A stretch of 59,435 nt of DNA, counting the filler, from Stramenopiles sp. TOSAG23-6 (taxonomy: Eukaryota), in the NCBI GenBank assembly GCA_900128565.1. It is 3 parts of 3 records of this genome, joined end to end, with 100 filler letters (N's around TTAATTAATTAA, not from the genome) between each part and the next. Parts side by side here need not be neighbours in the genome. Positions count along the whole stretch, not along the records: positions 39,753 to 59,435 come from LT636048.1; 2 more parts are not named here. One strand, given 5' to 3'. Made by a program: the position numbers and the translations under genes. Below, in pieces: positions 56,094 through 59,435 of this stretch (the first letter of the stretch is position 1; each line of letters starts with the position of its first letter). The notes under the pieces were generated by a model. The model was not told where the DNA came from. It did no database searches and worked only from the letters and a program-made list of their open reading frames with translations.

Positions 56094-59000
56094 ATGGGAG
56101 CGTCCAATTCTCATCTAAGTAAAGTAGACGAATATCTTGTTGACCAAGTTTGTCTGTGGAGTGGTTGGTTGTTAAAGTCTAAAGTGCAAAGAAACTGGAC
56201 TCGACGTTATTTTGAGATATATTCCAAGATTCCTTTTGGTTCTGTTGATAATGTTACATCCGTTCTAGTATACAGAGTTTCTCCAGATGGACCAATCAAA
56301 GACATTATAAAACTAAGCGAATTTTGTTGTTTTTCCAGGATTGCAATAGAGAAAAATGCTAATGACAACCGAATGCTAGTGCTTGTTACCCGGGAGCAAG
56401 TATGGCAAATGAAGTTTGTATCTCCTGAACAGGAACCAAAATTTTCTGCTGCCCTTGCTCGAATAATCCCTTTTAAGTCCGTTATCAAAGAAGGATGGAT
56501 CGAAAAGTTCAGTTGTAAAATCGGAAGTGTAGCTGGGCTTGGAGAAAATGATGGAATTTTCCCTGGAAAAATATCTCAGGATACTAATCTCAATCGTGTT
56601 TCTTCACCTTCTTCATCATCTTCTTCATCATCTGCTGGTGGTAAAGGTAATTTATCAAGTAGTACATGCAAGCAAATTGGGTCGACTACAAATCCTTCAC
56701 CTAGAAAGCAGAAAACACCGTTGGAAGAATCTCTGAAAAGTATTCGAGAAACTCTGATGGGAGAGTCAGGAAGCTTCAGACAAAGATTATTCGGTTTACG
56801 ATGTACGTTTTCAAAATTGAATTTCAATTTTTTTTTCATACGAAATTTTGTACCTAAGAAAAAAATTTCAAATTTTGAAAAAAAACAAATTCACAATACA
56901 TCCGAATGGAAGCGTCGATATGCTGTTTTATTAGAGTCGAGTACTCTGTTATATTTCACGAATGAAAAAATGCAAATTTTACGTGGTTGGATGGATCTCA
57001 AACACTGTAAAAATATTAGTTATGCATATAGTACAATTGAGAATGGAAATGTACATTTTCATAATCAATTTCATTTTGTTTTTTTTTCATACGAAATTTT
57101 GTACCTAACAAAAAAAATCAATTTTTTTTTTAATATTTTCCAAAAATTCATCGACCAGAAATTTCCTTTTATGATTTGAGACTTCCTCCCAAAGTTTATC
57201 ATTTTCGTGTACCTAATGATAGTACAGATATAAATAGCGATATTTATATCGATGAGATGAATCCTAGTAGAGAGCCGTTACGCGTTGCAGAGTGTACCTT
57301 TTCATTTCAATTTTAAATTTATTTTTATTTCGTACGAAATTTTGTACCTAACAAATTTTAGTTTTTTTTTTTTGAAATATTTTTTCATAATCCATGGCTC
57401 TCTGCAATGAATGAAACTGTCAAGACTTGTAAAGAGTCTTTAAGTACATCTTCAACTGTATCTTCAGATATATCTTCAAATACGTCACTGAATAGTTTAG
57501 AGTCTGTAAATAAAGCAAAACTAAAACAATTAAAAAAACTAAAAAAACAAAAAAATGTTAAAAAAACTAAAAACAAAGCTTCAAAAATGAAAAACATTTC
57601 TTTTGTTTTAGATCAAAAACAACCAAGAAGAAGACATAAAAAAATTTCAGCTGGATATAGAGGTATGGCAAAACGTCGAAGTGCGAGAGGTGTCATTCGC
57701 TTGCGTGAAGCTGCAGAGAAAGATTTAATGTATACAAAAGAATGTTCGACAAACCCTAACTCAAACCCTAACCCTAACTCAAATCAACAAAAACTTAAAT
57801 GTAATAATGATGATGAACATGGGCAAGAGGATACTGTTTTCTTGGATGATGATTCAATTATAAATGATTCTATCAAAGAAAATACACAAAATATACAAAA
57901 TAGTGAGGTAAGATTAGATAAGAATCAAAATAATCAAAATAATCAAAATGAAAAAATTCAGAAAAAAATACACAAAAGAAATCAAAAACACGAAAATCTA
58001 GGAAAATCAAATCATTCAAATGGTGGTGATGTCATAACACGTGTGAAAGTTATTATTCAAACGTCATCAAATAAAGGAATATCATTAGAATCACAAGCAC
58101 GAATGTTAAAAAATAGTATTATTTCTGAATATGGAAGAGAAATTTTTGAAAGGCGAAAATCCGAATTCGAACAGCTATTGCTACAAGCTGCAGTGAGTAA
58201 TACAAAACTTAATAAGAAGAATCCGAGCGATATTGTTGATGATGATGATACAGTTAATTGTACAACAAAGATTAATGATGATGATGTTGTTGATGATGAG
58301 ACAGTTGATTTTAAAACAAAGATACCAAAGCAAAACAAACAGGAAACAAATAATGATACTTCTCAAACTCGTCAATGTTCTAGTGCAACGTTGTACGTTT
58401 TATTTTTTTTTTTACAGAAAAATCGAATTTTTTTTTCGTACGAAATTTTGTACCTAACAAATTTTACAAAAAAAAAATTTCACAATATATGTACAATTCT
58501 TCTTCAAATGATAATACACAAACAATAGATGATAAAATTCGACTTTGGTCTTCTGGGCTTGATTTTCTATCCCTTATCGAAAATATCCATATTCCTATAT
58601 TTGGTTTTTCTGTATGTCACTCTCTCATAGATTTTAATTTATTTTTTTCATACAAAATTTTGTACCTAATGAATTTGAATTTATTTTTTTTCATACAAAA
58701 TCTCTCTCATGAATTTTAATTTTTTTTTCATACAAAATTTTGTAAAATTATTTTTTATTTATTTGTTCATATTTTATGCTTTACAAAATCAAGGAAAACA
58801 AATTCACTTTAAAGGTCCAGAGGTTGGGGAACTCGTCACACTTCGTGACATTCGGCGTACATTTTATATGAATTTCTAATTTTTTTTTAAATTTTTTTTT
58901 TTCGTACGAAATTTCGTACCTAACGATTTTTTTTTTTTGGTAAAATTTTTTTTTTTCACAATATATGTGGCTATCAATTTGCTCTACGTATTTGCCATCC

Positions 59001-59154
59001 GGATAAGCAAGGGCCTAATGCAAGTGTTGAACAGTTACAACGCTCTGCCGCTGTGTTTCGATTGTTGCAAATTAGATATGAAGTTTTAACAGAAACATTC
59101 AAAGAAAATGGCAGTGAATCATTTTGTAGAACTTTATCACCCTGGTTGGGATAA
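56094..59154 (+). CDS. Protein with tandem PH domains and a C-terminal auxilin-like J domain; exons 56094-56802, 56902-57050, 57152-57293, 57396-58392, 58491-58611, 58778-58856, 58967-59154
   Basis: MGASNS start; PH1 SGWLLK..RNWTRRYF; PH2 KEGWIEK..EWKRRYAVL..LLYF..GWMDL..AEWLSAM; auxilin-like KIRLWSSG..ELVTLRDIRRGYQFALRICHPDK. A continuous frame appears after GT-AT splicing. Confidence 0.8.
56803..56901 (+). other. GT-AT intron (99 nt, stop-free, 3n)
   Basis: t|GTACGTTTTCA...CATACGAAATTTTGTACCTAAG...TTCACAATACAT|cc. Confidence 0.7.
57051..57151 (+). other. GT-AT intron (101 nt)
   Basis: aat|GTACATTTTCA...CATACGAAATTTTGTACCTAAC...CAAAAATTCAT|cga. Confidence 0.75.
57294..57395 (+). other. GT-AT intron (102 nt)
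   Basis: t|GTACCTTTTCA...CGTACGAAATTTTGTACCTAAC...TTGAAATATTTTTTCATAATCCAT|gg builds the TGG of the PH-helix Trp. Using the AG at 57361 would give a stop. Confidence 0.8.
58393..58490 (+). other. GT-AT intron (98 nt)
   Basis: tt|GTACGTTTTA...CGTACGAAATTTTGTACCTAAC...TTCACAATATAT|g. Confidence 0.75.
58612..58777 (+). other. GT-AT intron (166 nt) with partly triplicated motif
   Basis: tct|GTATGT...CATACAAAATTTTGTACCTAAT...TTCATATTTTAT|gct. Confidence 0.65.
58857..58966 (+). other. GT-AT intron (110 nt)
   Basis: c|GTACATTTTA...CGTACGAAATTTCGTACCTAACG...TTCACAATATAT|gt. No AG occurs until 59006-59007, after the HPD codons. Confidence 0.85.
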
Positions 59155-59435
59155 ACTAACCCTAACCCTAACTAAAAAAAATACGAAATATCTAAAAAAA
59201 AAATAAAACAAATTTATATAACTTTTGGTAGAATATTTTATGTATATACTAACTATAAGCGACTTCTATATTGCCTTGAAGAATGTTTTTCATTTCTATT
59301 TGATTGATTTTGTATGAGATGTGCCGCTTCGTGGTAGTCTTGCTCTACAGCTAAGTCATGTGTTTTGTAAAAATATTTCAAAAAAAAATACTTAAATTTG
59401 TTAGGTACAAAATTTCGTACGAAAAAAAAAATCGA

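Larger units (their letters stand above)
39753..59435. repeat. Whole-contig inverted duplication (arms 39753-49600 and 49654-59435, 53-nt spacer)
   Basis: Every ORF is mirrored (coordinate sums 99188 and 99254), and even the ambiguous N bases are mirrored. Confidence 0.97.

Overview
AT-rich eukaryotic nuclear DNA from a flagellated protist. A stramenopile single-cell or metagenome assembly is plausible, but that is an inference. The window is three unlinked contigs of about 19.7 kb (1-19788, 19889-39652, 39753-59435) joined by 100-nt N/TTAATTAATTAA spacers. Contig 3 is one near-perfect inverted duplication centred at ~49627, most likely an amplification or assembly artefact. Recognisable genes: APC2 C-terminal part, malic enzyme, an intronless axonemal dynein heavy chain, a secreted Cys-rich/F5-8C protein, a TBC1D23-like C-terminus, BspA-LRR, DUF4116, two ARM proteins, tRNA-Trp, an RCC1/EF-hand protein, an MSS51-like protein, an RRM/zinc-knuckle protein, a class I HDAC, an ML-domain protein, a PH-PH-auxilin-like J protein, HVA22/REEP, a Csm1-like protein and a BTB-Tubby protein. 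The main finding is a family of 90-180 nt introns that start with GT but end in AT instead of AG (12 independent GT-AT cases, one GT-AG case). They share a conserved palindrome-plus-branch-point cassette (TTTTCGTACGAAATTTYGTACCTAAC), and many also carry a TGAAATATTTTTTCA-N8 3' box. Removing them at GT..AT restores reading frames and conserved domain residues (J-domain HPD, PH-domain Trp, F5/8C Trp). A secondary finding is a CpG-deaminated decayed region at ~32.4-35.7 kb. All intron calls come from manual reading-frame analysis, with no RNA evidence.
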